Made by a program: the position numbers and the translations under genes. Positions 10,421-20,156 of a stretch of DNA of 42,980 nucleotides are shown piece by piece; the stretch's first letter is position 1, and every line of letters starts with the position of its first letter. The stretch spans positions 2,023 to 45,002 of the forward strand of contig DDZS01000050.1 of NCBI GenBank assembly GCA_002346425.1, in the 5' to 3' direction. The notes beneath the pieces were generated by a model. That model was not told the origin of the DNA and ran no database searches. It saw nothing but the letters and a program-made list of their open reading frames with translations. This stretch comes from Alphaproteobacteria bacterium UBA3002. Its GTDB lineage: Bacteria > Pseudomonadota > Alphaproteobacteria > Rickettsiales > UBA3002.

Positions 10421-11134
10421 ATGCAAAGCAACCCACGTTCCGGATTTATGACCTTATGGATGCTCGGGCTGATTCTACTCTTACTCGTAGTCAGCGGCGT
10501 GGGCCAATATATCTGGCGTAACGCCACGCAAATTGGCTCGCATTGCAGCGCCATTTTACGCGAAGTGGGATTTAACGAATATCAGTCTTATTGCCGCTCC
10601 ATGGGACATTCGATGATGCTTTTGCAGCGTAATCTGGAAGGAATGCTCGGATCGACGAAATTTGGCGATACGATGAATCTGGAAGAATTCGCGGGCTTTG
10701 TCGCACGTCAGCTCTCCGGCGCGGCGATTGGGTTTAGCGCGCCGCAACTCTCGCAATTTATTGACCCGTCGCTTCTAAAATCACCCGCCGAAGGGGCCGA
10801 TCCATTCAAATTATCCCTCACTCGCGGCGCATATGGCGATGCGATGTTGAAAAATGGCAACATGGATGGGTTGCCTTACCTCAAATCCAGCGCCAATATG
10901 GGCGAATCCGGTCTGTTATCGCAACTGAGCCTTGGCTCTGCCTATGCAAATGGCGATTATGGCTTGCCGAAAAACCCTGATCTGGCACGCGATTATTACA
11001 CCCAAGCACAGGAATCGCTTCAAACCTTACAAGGGCAAAATTCACCGCAATCCAATCAGTTATTAGAATCTCTTCCTGCATCACCAGATGCGATCCGGGA
11101 ATCCCTCAACTCTGCGTTAGGCGGCGGATACTAG
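10421..11134 (+). CDS. Membrane-anchored hypothetical protein with a Sel1-like repeat
   Basis: N-terminal hydrophobic helix; [30 protein letters not shown] fits the Sel1 consensus. Confidence 0.7.
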   Translation: MQSNPRSGFMTLWMLGLILLLLVVSGVGQYIWRNATQIGSHCSAILREVGFNEYQSYCRSMGHSMMLLQRNLEGMLGSTKFGDTMNLEEFAGFVARQLSGAAIGFSAPQLSQFIDPSLLKSPAEGADPFKLSLTRGAYGDAMLKNGNMDGLPYLKSSANMGESGLLSQLSLGSAYANGDYGLPKNPDLARDYYTQAQESLQTLQGQNSPQSNQLLESLPASPDAIRESLNSALGGGY

Positions 11135-11186
11135 TAAATCGCACTCAACACTTGCCCTGCCCCCTGTTTTTGATGATGATGCGCGC

Positions 11187-12098
11187 ATGCAGCACATCCT
11201 ATCCGCCGATATATTCGACGTAGCGAGCGTTAACGCCCTGTTTGAAGAGGCGAATCGCTTTTACGCGTTGAATCGTGAAGTGCAGAAAAAAGCCCCCGAA
11301 TTAGGCGGACGGACGCTGATCAATCTGTTTTACGAAAATTCGACACGCACCCGCTCCTCTTTCGAATTGGCCGGGAAACGTCTTGGCATGGATGTGATAA
11401 ACATCAGCACATCGCAATCCTCCGTTAAAAAGGGGGAAACCCTCTTAGATACGGCGATGACGTTGAATGCGATGCGCCCGGACGTGATTGTGTTGCGTCA
11501 CCCGCAAAGCGGCGCTGCCGCATTGTTCTCGGACTTTGTGCAATGCCATGTGGTGAATGCGGGCGATGGCGCGCATCAACATCCGACGCAAGCGCTGCTT
11601 GATGCATTCACATTATGGAAGCGTGGACGTGAATTCTCCGGCCTAAACGTCTTAATTTGCGGCGATATTTCGCATAGCCGCGTCGCGCGTTCCAATGTGC
11701 AATTATTGCAAACCCTGGGCGCGAATGTCACATTCTGCGGCCCTAAATTATTGATGCCCTCACAGGTGCAGACGCTTGGTTGCAAAGTCACGCATGATTT
11801 TGATGCCGCACTGCCTGACGCTGATGTGATTATGTTGCTGCGCGTACAGAATGAACGCATCGAAGGCAAGGCCATGGCTTCAGTTCGTGAATATTTTCAA
11901 CGTTATGCACTTACCTATGCGCGTTTGGAAAAAGCCCGCAAGGATGCGATTGTCATGCATCCGGGTCCGATTAATCGCGGTGTCGAAATTGAAACCGCTT
12001 TGGCTGATGATTTAGAGCGCACCACCATTATCGATCAGGTGGAAGCTGGTGTCGCTATTCGCCAAGCTATACTGACGACATTACTCAAAAAGGACTAA
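11187..12098 (+). CDS. pyrB: Aspartate carbamoyltransferase catalytic subunit
   Basis: FYENSTRTRSSF, HPTQALLD and HPGP motifs. Confidence 0.97.
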   Translation: MQHILSADIFDVASVNALFEEANRFYALNREVQKKAPELGGRTLINLFYENSTRTRSSFELAGKRLGMDVINISTSQSSVKKGETLLDTAMTLNAMRPDVIVLRHPQSGAAALFSDFVQCHVVNAGDGAHQHPTQALLDAFTLWKRGREFSGLNVLICGDISHSRVARSNVQLLQTLGANVTFCGPKLLMPSQVQTLGCKVTHDFDAALPDADVIMLLRVQNERIEGKAMASVREYFQRYALTYARLEKARKDAIVMHPGPINRGVEIETALADDLERTTIIDQVEAGVAIRQAILTTLLKKD

Positions 12099-12099
12099 T

Positions 12100-13422
12100 A
12101 TGCTGTTACGCAAACCAGACTGGAATAAAGAAAAAGATTACCGCATCTTATTAAAGAATGCTCGCCTATTTGATGCAGAAAGCGGGATGGACGAAATCGG
12201 TGATTTACTGATTGAAGGCACGCGCATTGCGGATTTTGGCCCGAATCTCGGACCTGTTACCGCGCAAGAGGAAATAGATTGCGCTGGCCGTCTGTTATCA
12301 CCGGGTCTTATCGATATTCAGGTACACTTCCGTGATCCTGGGCTTGAATATAAGGAAACGATTGAGACGGGTAGCCGTTCAGCCGCCGCAGGCGGCGTGA
12401 CGCTGGTTGCCTGTATGCCAAACACCAAACCGGTGATCGATGATCCGTCACTAGTAGCCTACATTCATCAGCGCTGCCGTGAAGTGGGATATGTGAATGT
12501 CTGCACCTATGCGTGTATCAGCCACGGCATGAAAGGTGAGCAAATCACGGAGATGGGCTTATTAAAAGATGCAGGCGCGGTAGGCTTTACCGATGATGGG
12601 TTGCCGGCAATGAATGCCCAACTCATGCGACAAGCGCTGGAATATTCCGCCATGCTGGATGTGCCGATTGCGCAGCATGCCGAAGACTTAAACCTCTCGG
12701 CGGGTGGTTGCATGAATGAAGGCGCGGTATCGACACGGCTAGGCCTGAAAGGGATTCCAAATGCATCTGAGTCCGTAATTGTTGCACGCGATCTGCTATT
12801 AACGGAAATGACTGGCGGAAAATATCATTTGCTTCATGCTTCGACCGCAGAAGCGATTCACTTGGTGCGGGAAGCGAAAAAGCGCGGGGTACGGGTCACC
12901 TGTGAAGCGGCACCGCATCACTTTACATTAACCGATGAAATGGTCGCCGAACATCGTGCCTATGCCAAAATGAACCCTCCGTTACGTGCGGCTAAAGACC
13001 GGGATGCGATTCTGGAAGGGCTGGCCGATGGTACGATCGACGCGATCGCCACCGACCACGCCCCGCATGAGCCTGAGGCCAAACGCGTACCGATGGATGA
13101 AGCCGCATTCGGCATCGTTGGGTTGGAAACCATGCTGCCTGTCTCATTACAGGCGCTCTACCATAGCAAGAAAATGTCCCTTCGCGATGTGATGGCCGCG
13201 ATGACCTATAAACCTGCCGATGTGATCGGACGCGAAGCAGGCCGGTTGAAAAAAGGTGCTCCCGCCGATCTGGCATTGATTGATCTGGAAGAGGAATGGA
13301 CAATCCGCCCGGAAGATTTTCAGAGCAAATCAAAAAATTCGCCTTACGTCGATTACAAGGTGAAAGGCTGCGCCGTACAAACCTATGTCGCGGGAAATTG
13401 CGTGTATGATTATAACAAGTAA
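12100..13422 (+). CDS. pyrC: Dihydroorotase (type I, long form)
   Basis: PGLIDIQVHFRDPG, KMNPPLR and ATDHAPH motifs; 1 nt after pyrB. Confidence 0.93.
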   Translation: MLLRKPDWNKEKDYRILLKNARLFDAESGMDEIGDLLIEGTRIADFGPNLGPVTAQEEIDCAGRLLSPGLIDIQVHFRDPGLEYKETIETGSRSAAAGGVTLVACMPNTKPVIDDPSLVAYIHQRCREVGYVNVCTYACISHGMKGEQITEMGLLKDAGAVGFTDDGLPAMNAQLMRQALEYSAMLDVPIAQHAEDLNLSAGGCMNEGAVSTRLGLKGIPNASESVIVARDLLLTEMTGGKYHLLHASTAEAIHLVREAKKRGVRVTCEAAPHHFTLTDEMVAEHRAYAKMNPPLRAAKDRDAILEGLADGTIDAIATDHAPHEPEAKRVPMDEAAFGIVGLETMLPVSLQALYHSKKMSLRDVMAAMTYKPADVIGREAGRLKKGAPADLALIDLEEEWTIRPEDFQSKSKNSPYVDYKVKGCAVQTYVAGNCVYDYNK

Positions 13423-13490
13423 TGCGCATTTACCTAAAAGCCGATGCAAGATTCATCTTTCTTTAAACATGCGCCGTTAAAGTAGCTCTT

Positions 13491-14204
13491 ATGACGCATC
13501 CACCCTCGCCCTTAATCTGCGCACTCGATACGACTGACGTCGGAACTGCGCTCGCCTTGACGTCTGATATTCGCCCACATGTCGGTGCGGTAAAGCTAGG
13601 ACTTGAGTTTTTTACGGCCAATGGCGCGCGCGGCGTCCAACATGTCAGTGCGCTAGGCGTGCCTATTTTTCTGGATTTGAAATTTCATGATATCCCCAAC
13701 ACCGTGGCCGGAGCGATCCGTGCAACGGCGGGGATCAACACATTCATGATGACGGTTCACACTTCCGGCGGACATGCCATGCTGCAGCGGGCCATCGAAG
13801 CCTCCGACGAAGTGGCACAAACCACCGGCACGGAACGTCCCCTAATTATTGGGGTTACTTTACTGACTAGTCTGGATCAGGATGATGTCAGTATGATTGG
13901 TTATCGCGATGCGTTGCAGGATCAGGTCAAGCGTCTTGCCGATCTCGCACAATGTAGCGGGCTGGATGGCGTGGTTTGTTCGCCCTATGAAATCACCATG
14001 CTGCGTGAGCAATGTGGTGACGAATTTAAATTGGTGGTGCCCGGCCTACGCCCTAAAACCGCGGTGGCAGATGACCAGAAACGTGTGATGACGCCACAGG
14101 AAGCGCTGAAACGCGGTGCCGATTATCTTGTGGTAGGCCGTCCGATTACGCAGGCAGAGGCGCCCGCTGACGCGGCAAAGACTATTGCTCAGACGCTTCG
14201 TTAG
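13491..14204 (+). CDS. pyrF: Orotidine-5'-phosphate decarboxylase
   Basis: FLDLKFHDIPNT, VVPGLR, DDQKR and VVGRPIT motifs. Confidence 0.96.
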   Translation: MTHPPSPLICALDTTDVGTALALTSDIRPHVGAVKLGLEFFTANGARGVQHVSALGVPIFLDLKFHDIPNTVAGAIRATAGINTFMMTVHTSGGHAMLQRAIEASDEVAQTTGTERPLIIGVTLLTSLDQDDVSMIGYRDALQDQVKRLADLAQCSGLDGVVCSPYEITMLREQCGDEFKLVVPGLRPKTAVADDQKRVMTPQEALKRGADYLVVGRPITQAEAPADAAKTIAQTLR

Positions 14205-14700
14205 ACTCTACAAGCGTTTTAGACTCTTTAAGTAATTCTGGAAGATTTTCTTCTGTTAACACACCGCGATGCGTAAAGACGATTTCTCCTTCGGCATCTA
14301 TCAGATAACTCATCGGCAGCCCTTCAAGGCTCAGTGCGCTTAACGCGTTGCCATCCGTATCTTCATACACCGTATCAAACGGGGCTTCATGTTTCTCCAA
14401 CCAGTCGGCCACGGCGCTCGGTTTATCGCGCCAGGCAACGCCGATCAGCGGCAAACCGGTTTGGTTCTGCCATTCACGCAGATACGGCAATTCCGCCAGG
14501 CATGGAACACACCAACTCGCAAATATATTGATCAAATAGGGCGGGCGTGGACGTGTCTCACCGGTGACAGGCAATTCCTCCAGCGAAGGAAATGCATCTA
14601 CCCCTGGGGCCGATTGTTGCATCTGCTTATCGGCATAGAACGCGCCAGACGATATACCGCAGGCGAGAACCAGAAAGATAAGCCCAGCCCATTTAGCCAT
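14182..14700 (-). CDS. TlpA/CcmG(DsbE)-like thiol:disulfide oxidoreductase
   Basis: N-terminal hydrophobic anchor, NIFASWCVPCLAE active site and the GLP cis-Pro loop. Confidence 0.85.
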   Translation of the reverse strand: MAKWAGLIFLVLACGISSGAFYADKQMQQSAPGVDAFPSLEELPVTGETRPRPPYLINIFASWCVPCLAELPYLREWQNQTGLPLIGVAWRDKPSAVADWLEKHEAPFDTVYEDTDGNALSALSLEGLPMSYLIDAEGEIVFTHRGVLTEENLPELLKESKTLVESNEASEQ

Positions 14701-14703
14701 CGC

Positions 14704-15324
14704 TTAAGCGAAATAATTCCGTGCTTTTTGGATGGCCTGATTCAGCTCCAGCAATGCGGATTCATCCGATGCGGACTCTTTGGCTTTTTGGCGATAGAGC
14801 TTGTTGGCATGATCCAGCGTGTCACCAAATTCCACCCCCAGCACATCCATCCAATCCGGTTTTACCATAGAGTCTTTTGGATGAAACTGCTTAGAATTGA
14901 CTTTGATTTCACGAATCGAACGGTCCGAAAGCATGCGCATCACCTGCCCGCTTTCAACAACGCCCCATTTCGAAAGCGCATTGATGTTTCGAAGCGTTAA
15001 ATAAAGCGCGTAAATATTTTGCTCGATTTGCACCCATTGCTGCGAAACCAGATCAATGTCTTTGTCATCGAGCGTGATATGCAGACAAATCGCCGAATGC
15101 TCTTTCAACTGACGACGATTCTTTTTCTGATGCAGGCGCTCATAATACGACCCCAAAACAAATTTCGCCTGCCCCATCATAGCGCATTCCATCTCGAGGT
15201 AATCCAGCGCCTGATCGATCGTTAAATCCCGAGGAAAATCGGCATTATGCGTTTGCAAGCGTCGCGCAATCAGCGCTTCGTCGGATGGTAAGTTTGGATC
15301 GGCTTCGTATTGTATTCCCTGCAT
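14704..15324 (-). CDS. Hypothetical protein with a degenerate C-terminal J-like domain (no HPD)
   Basis: WMDVLGV..KLYRQKAKESASD..LLELNQAIQKAR follows the J-domain helix pattern; 3-nt gaps to both neighbours. Confidence 0.7.
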   Translation of the reverse strand: MQGIQYEADPNLPSDEALIARRLQTHNADFPRDLTIDQALDYLEMECAMMGQAKFVLGSYYERLHQKKNRRQLKEHSAICLHITLDDKDIDLVSQQWVQIEQNIYALYLTLRNINALSKWGVVESGQVMRMLSDRSIREIKVNSKQFHPKDSMVKPDWMDVLGVEFGDTLDHANKLYRQKAKESASDESALLELNQAIQKARNYFA

Positions 15325-15327
15325 GCG

Positions 15328-17760
15328 TTACGAGCCCTCCACAACCCGGTTCCACCAGCCGCGTTTCTTCGGCTTGTCATCTGTCGTATCGCCATGATCT
15401 ACGATAACTGGATCATCTACCGGCGCTTTTTGCTGCGCAACGATTTTTAGATCTTCTATAACATTCGCAGATGATTTTTCTTCAGGCTCTGGTGTTTTTG
15501 TAGCGTTTTGCTTGGGAGAAGCTTCCTTTTTAACAGCAGGCTTTTCCTCTATTTCGGCTAATGGCTCTGCCGATTCTTTTTGAGAATCTTCCGCAGCAGT
15601 CTTCTCCGTACCATTAGAATCGCGCTCCCCACGGCGCTTGCGACGCGGCGACGCACGACGGCCCCGCCCTTTATTTTCGTCACTCGAAGATTCTGTCTCA
15701 GCTTCTGGCGCATCGGTAGCATCCTCCGGTTTACGGCGGCCTCTACGCGGCTTAGACTTGCCGGATGGCTTACGCGAGCTGCGCTCCTCTTGCTCATCGG
15801 CATCGGGCTTTGCTTCACGCGGTTCTGGTTTAGCCTCCCTTACCTCATTTTCCTCGCGTTCATTCCGCTCCATACCTTTACGGCGTCCGCGCCCCCCACG
15901 TTTGCCCCGGCGTTTGCGACGCGGCGAATCTTTTTCATCATGACGGATGGTTTTCCCATCCTGCGTGGTTTTAATCAGATTGAAGGCGCCCTCGCCGAGT
16001 TCATTATCGATAGCAAAACTAATCGCCACCCCATAATCGGTTTCAATTTGCTGAATCAGTTCGCGTTTTTCGTTCACCAATTGCAAAATGATCGCCGGAG
16101 TGCTTTCCACCTTCATTTCGGTAAATTCACCGCTGACGGCCTCGCGCTCGACAATCCGGATGATTTGCATCATCGCCGTTTGTGTCGAAGCGACCATTCC
16201 GGTGCCCTTACATTGGGCGCAGGTGACCATGCTCGATTCAGTAATAGAAGGCCGCAGACGCTGGCGCGATAGCTCGATCAATCCAAATGGACTGATGCGG
16301 CTCACCTGAATTTTTGCACGATCTCGTTTTAAAGCATCACGCACCGCACGTTCCAGCGTACGGCGGTTTTTGCCGTAATACATGTCGATGAAGTCGATGA
16401 CGACAATGCCCGCCATATCGCGCAGACGCAGTTGACGCGCTACTTCCGTCGCTGCTTCAAGATTGGTTTTAATCGCCGTTTCTTCAACGTTGCGCTCTGA
16501 AGTTGAACGGCCCGAGTTGACGTCGATCGAGATCAGCGCTTCCGTTGATTGCAAGACCAGCGAGCCACCGGATGGTAATTGCACCTCCGGCTCGTAAATA
16601 GACGCCAGCGCCTCTTCCACCTCATATTCCGCAAACAGAGGACGCGCTTCTTTATATTGCTTCACGCGCGGCGCATGGCTTGGCATGATCAGCTTCATAA
16701 AGGCTTTTGCGTCTTTATATGCCTGATCGCCCTGTACCAGTACATGATCAATATCACTTGTATACATGTCGCGGATGGAACGTTTAATGATGTCGCTTTC
16801 TTCATAAATCAGTGCAGGCGCATTGGATGCCAGCGTTGTTTCACGAATCTGACTCCATAATTTCACCAGATATTCGTAATCGCGCTTGATTTCTGCCTTG
16901 GTACGATCCAGCCCCGCGGTACGAATAATTGCATTTAATCCGCGTTTATCTTTAAATTCTTGCAGCATACTTTTTAGTTTGCGGCGTTGTTCATTATTAC
17001 TGATCTTGCGTGATACCCCACCCGCTTTGATAGAGTTCGGCATCAGCACGCAATAACGACCGGCTAGGGAAATGTAAGAGGTCATCGAGCAGCCTTTATT
17101 GCCACGCTCTTCTTTGATCACCTGCACTAGCATGATCTGACCGCGTTTAATGACTTCCTGAATTTTATAGCGTTTGAAGAGCGTGCCTTTTTGTTTGCGC
17201 GCTTCTTCCGTATCATCGGCGATTACTGTTTCAGCGGCGTCTTTCGGATCTTCCTCGTCATCCTCTTCATCGTCGCTGACATCGCCCGAGACCACATCGC
17301 CGGTTTGCTCTAAAGACGCATATTCTGTATTTTCGTCATGCTGCTCATCATTGCCCCCTTTGCGGCGGCGGCGACCTCCGCGACGACGACGGCGCGGCTT
17401 TTCTTTTTGCTCCTTCGCGTCTTCCTCTTCGGCTTCCATCTCCTGTTCTTCCGCTTCTTCTTCTTCGCGGGCAACAGCAGCTTCTTCGGCAAGCAGACGT
17501 TGTTTATCTTCTACAGGAATTTGATAATAATCGGGGTGAATCTCAGAAAAAGGCAAGAAGCCTTGTTTATTGCCGCCATATTCCACGAATGCCGCCTGTA
17601 GCGACGGCTCAACTCGGGTAACCTTCGCTAAGAAGATGTTACCTTTTAGCTGTAGTTTCGAGGCGGTGATAAAATCAAAATCGTCAATTTCATCATGGTC
17701 TAGGATGACAACACGGGTTTCGCCCTCGTGTTGGGCATCGATTAACATTTGTTTGCTCAT
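15328..17760 (-). CDS. rne: Ribonuclease E
   Basis: KGNIFLAKVTRVEPSLQAAFVEYG, IDVNSG, IDFIDM and CAQC Zn-link motifs; charged insertion in the S1 domain; disordered tail ending in GWW. Start follows a GGAG. Confidence 0.96.
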   Translation of the reverse strand: MSKQMLIDAQHEGETRVVILDHDEIDDFDFITASKLQLKGNIFLAKVTRVEPSLQAAFVEYGGNKQGFLPFSEIHPDYYQIPVEDKQRLLAEEAAVAREEEEAEEQEMEAEEEDAKEQKEKPRRRRRGGRRRRKGGNDEQHDENTEYASLEQTGDVVSGDVSDDEEDDEEDPKDAAETVIADDTEEARKQKGTLFKRYKIQEVIKRGQIMLVQVIKEERGNKGCSMTSYISLAGRYCVLMPNSIKAGGVSRKISNNEQRRKLKSMLQEFKDKRGLNAIIRTAGLDRTKAEIKRDYEYLVKLWSQIRETTLASNAPALIYEESDIIKRSIRDMYTSDIDHVLVQGDQAYKDAKAFMKLIMPSHAPRVKQYKEARPLFAEYEVEEALASIYEPEVQLPSGGSLVLQSTEALISIDVNSGRSTSERNVEETAIKTNLEAATEVARQLRLRDMAGIVVIDFIDMYYGKNRRTLERAVRDALKRDRAKIQVSRISPFGLIELSRQRLRPSITESSMVTCAQCKGTGMVASTQTAMMQIIRIVEREAVSGEFTEMKVESTPAIILQLVNEKRELIQQIETDYGVAISFAIDNELGEGAFNLIKTTQDGKTIRHDEKDSPRRKRRGKRGGRGRRKGMERNEREENEVREAKPEPREAKPDADEQEERSSRKPSGKSKPRRGRRKPEDATDAPEAETESSSDENKGRGRRASPRRKRRGERDSNGTEKTAAEDSQKESAEPLAEIEEKPAVKKEASPKQNATKTPEPEEKSSANVIEDLKIVAQQKAPVDDPVIVDHGDTTDDKPKKRGWWNRVVEGS

Positions 17761-18060
17761 TGGTCGCTCCATTATAAGCGCAACGACGCAATCATTCAGG
17801 CGAGTTTACGCGAGACACTCCCGTCGGCAGTCACGCCGACGCAACCCAAGATTCGGGATTAAATGGAAAGTACGATTCAGACTGCGCATGGCCGTCATGA
17901 TATAAACTCTGTTCTGCAATGAAGGGTCATTGCCGGTTAACTGTTACAGGCAGCGGGAGCATTTTTTGTGCTTCGCGCGCGCTATATTTCATTGTCATGC
18001 CGCAGCATGCCCATTGACCATAGCAGTTCCTGTCCACATGTCTAGCGGGAAAAGATCGGC
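17761..18060 (-). promoter_or_regulatory. Probable long, structured rne 5' leader
   Basis: Gap of about 340 nt containing two perfect 7-bp hairpins (17822-17841 and 17916-17933). Boundaries are uncertain. Confidence 0.45.
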
Positions 18061-18102
18061 AGCACGCTTGCCATTTCATATTTCGCCGCCTATCCCTTGG
18101 CT

Positions 18103-19254
18103 ATGAAGCGCTTTTTACTCGTAATATTGCTTGTGGGTTTCGCCTTGCCCAGTATGGCGGCGCGCCTGCAAACTATTGACGCACAACAAGCCGCAGGCAC
18201 CGAAACCATTATTCTCGTTTTTGATCGCGCGGTGCAATTACAGCAGCAATTCATTTTGCCCTCCCCGCCTCGTCTGGTCATTGATATGGCGACCACGCAG
18301 TATGACAAAGCCAGCTTGGATCAATTCAACCAAACTTATCGCGGCGGGCAAATTAAGGCGCTGCGCAGCGGACAGTTCGATACAGATACGACGCGTTTCG
18401 TTTTTGATATCACGCATCCTCAGATTAATTATCAGGTTCAGGCCCTCGGCAATCAGCTAAAAGTACTATTGACCACCTTGCCGGGTAGTGCGGCACCCAT
18501 CGCGCAACCCTCTACCGATGTCACACCAATTGCTAATGCGCCGGTGCCGGTATTCCGTTCGAAAGTAGCGGCCAAAGAAGCGATGAAGCCGACTATTGTC
18601 ATCGATGCAGGCCATGGGGGGAAAGATAGCGGCGCGCGTAGCAGGCAAGGTTTATTAGAAAAAACGATCACATTACAATATGCGCATGCGTTGCGCGACG
18701 CATTGCTGCGAACGGGGCGCTATAAAGTCGTATTAACCCGTGAGGGTGATGAGTATCTATTCTTGCAGGACCGTGTGCGTTTCGCACGCACCAGCCGGGG
18801 CGATATGTTTATATCCTTACATGCGGATGCCAATCCGCGCAGTTCCGCCCAAGGCGTGTCTGTCTATACTCTATCTGAAACCGCATCGGATGAAGAAGCC
18901 GCTGCTTTGGCGCAACAAGAAAACAAAGCGGATATTGTGGGGGGATTAGATTTAAGCCATGAAGATAAAACCGTTGCCGATATTTTAATCGATCTCGCGC
19001 AGCGTGAAACCAATAATAAATCGTCACGCTTTGCTGAGTTGGTGATCGAGCACATGAACCCCAAAATCCCGCTAATTGCGAATACGCATCGTTTTGCGGG
19101 CTTTCGGGTCTTGAAAGCGCCGGACATCCCCTCAATATTGCTCGAGATGGGTTTCCTGACCAACGAACAGGACGCTTATCGCATGCAAACGCGCGAGTAT
19201 CGTGACAAATTGGTGCAAAGCTTGGTCTCGGCCATCAATGCACATTTCAATTAA
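18103..19254 (+). CDS. amiC: N-acetylmuramoyl-L-alanine amidase (AMIN plus Amidase_3)
   Basis: Signal peptide, PPRLVID, VIDAGHGGKDSGA, FISLHAD and ILLEMGFLTN motifs; divergent from rne. Confidence 0.93.
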   Translation: MKRFLLVILLVGFALPSMAARLQTIDAQQAAGTETIILVFDRAVQLQQQFILPSPPRLVIDMATTQYDKASLDQFNQTYRGGQIKALRSGQFDTDTTRFVFDITHPQINYQVQALGNQLKVLLTTLPGSAAPIAQPSTDVTPIANAPVPVFRSKVAAKEAMKPTIVIDAGHGGKDSGARSRQGLLEKTITLQYAHALRDALLRTGRYKVVLTREGDEYLFLQDRVRFARTSRGDMFISLHADANPRSSAQGVSVYTLSETASDEEAAALAQQENKADIVGGLDLSHEDKTVADILIDLAQRETNNKSSRFAELVIEHMNPKIPLIANTHRFAGFRVLKAPDIPSILLEMGFLTNEQDAYRMQTREYRDKLVQSLVSAINAHFN

Positions 19255-19338
19255 GTCAGGGGACTAAAGCGTTAAAAAAAACTAACGAAAAAACACTTGC
19301 GCCGCCCCTGACCGGCGCTATGGTGAAAAAAAGGGTAA

Positions 19339-19941
19339 ATGATGAAAAAACTACTACTAACGACACTGGCAACGTTCATGCTAACTTCCACCTTCGCGAT
19401 GGCAGAGCCGGAAAAGCCAGCTTATGACAAACATGACGGTTTTATCGTCGATAAACATGGTGAATGCGTGCGTACGAAATGGATGAAAGCAGATGATCCG
19501 TGTAATCCGACGCCGCCACCACCGCCGCCTGCTCCGAAACCTGTTGTAGTTGCTCCGGCTCCGAAAGTAAGCCTGGAACAGCGTACGGTCTATTTTGACT
19601 TTGATAGCGCTGAACTGACAGCAGATGCCACGAGCAAGCTGAACAACCTGTCTCAAATCATCAACAATTCTAGCGCGATTCGTGACGTACAGATTGTTGG
19701 TTTCACGGATCAGTTCGGTTCGGATTCCTACAATATGGCTCTGTCGAAACGCCGCGTAAAATCGGTTGAAGATTACTTGGATCAACGTTCACGTCTGGAT
19801 ACACAAGCTGCGGATATTCGCGGATTGGGTAAAGCACCGAAAACCGGCTGCGACAGCGTGAAAGGACGCGAAGACAAAATTGCATGTATGCAAAAAGAAC
19901 GTCGCGTTGAGATCGAATTCAAATTTCAGGAAGCCCGCTAA
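19339..19941 (+). CDS. OmpA-family peptidoglycan-binding protein (RmpM-like, no beta-barrel)
   Basis: Signal peptide, Cys pair, poly-Pro linker, and VYFDFDS, GFTDQFGSDSYNMALSKRR and RRVEI motifs. Confidence 0.9.
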   Translation: MMKKLLLTTLATFMLTSTFAMAEPEKPAYDKHDGFIVDKHGECVRTKWMKADDPCNPTPPPPPPAPKPVVVAPAPKVSLEQRTVYFDFDSAELTADATSKLNNLSQIINNSSAIRDVQIVGFTDQFGSDSYNMALSKRRVKSVEDYLDQRSRLDTQAADIRGLGKAPKTGCDSVKGREDKIACMQKERRVEIEFKFQEAR

Positions 19942-19980
19942 GACGGCCACCTGAACAACAGTTTCATAGCGTAACCAACC

Positions 19981-20012
19981 TTGGGAGGCTTAGCGGCCTC
20001 CCAATTTTTTTT
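19981..20012 (+). terminator. Rho-independent terminator
   Basis: TTGGGAGGC-TTAGCG-GCCTCCCAA 9-bp stem followed by T8, 40 nt after the OmpA-family stop. Confidence 0.9.
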
Positions 20013-20156
20013 GTGGGACGCTATATTCAGCTTCTCCACTTAAAGTAACAAAGCCTCTGCTCTGTACCAGACCTTCTCTAAGATTTGAATACACGCACTT
20101 TTATTTCCGCTCTCACACCGTGAGCAGAACGACAGTTCAAATAGTAATCGTTGAAA

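Noticed and set aside
12100-13422. PyrC with QxH instead of HxH as a novel pseudoenzyme
   Set aside because: Inactive or variant PyrC' subunits next to pyrB are already known, the other motifs are present, and activity cannot be judged from sequence.
15580-16272. Long antisense ORFs (also 14389-15000, 28075-28617 and 40269-40916)
   Set aside because: They lie opposite well-supported genes and have no protein-like motifs; they are treated as shadow ORFs.
15328-17760. Arg-rich and acidic low-complexity blocks in rne as an insertion or repeat element
   Set aside because: The S1 insertion and charge-patterned tail with terminal GWW are typical of alphaproteobacterial RNase E.
19272-19286. CtrA box upstream of the OmpA-family gene
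   Set aside because: The spacing and second half-site do not fit TTAA-N7-TTAA; it is just an A-tract.
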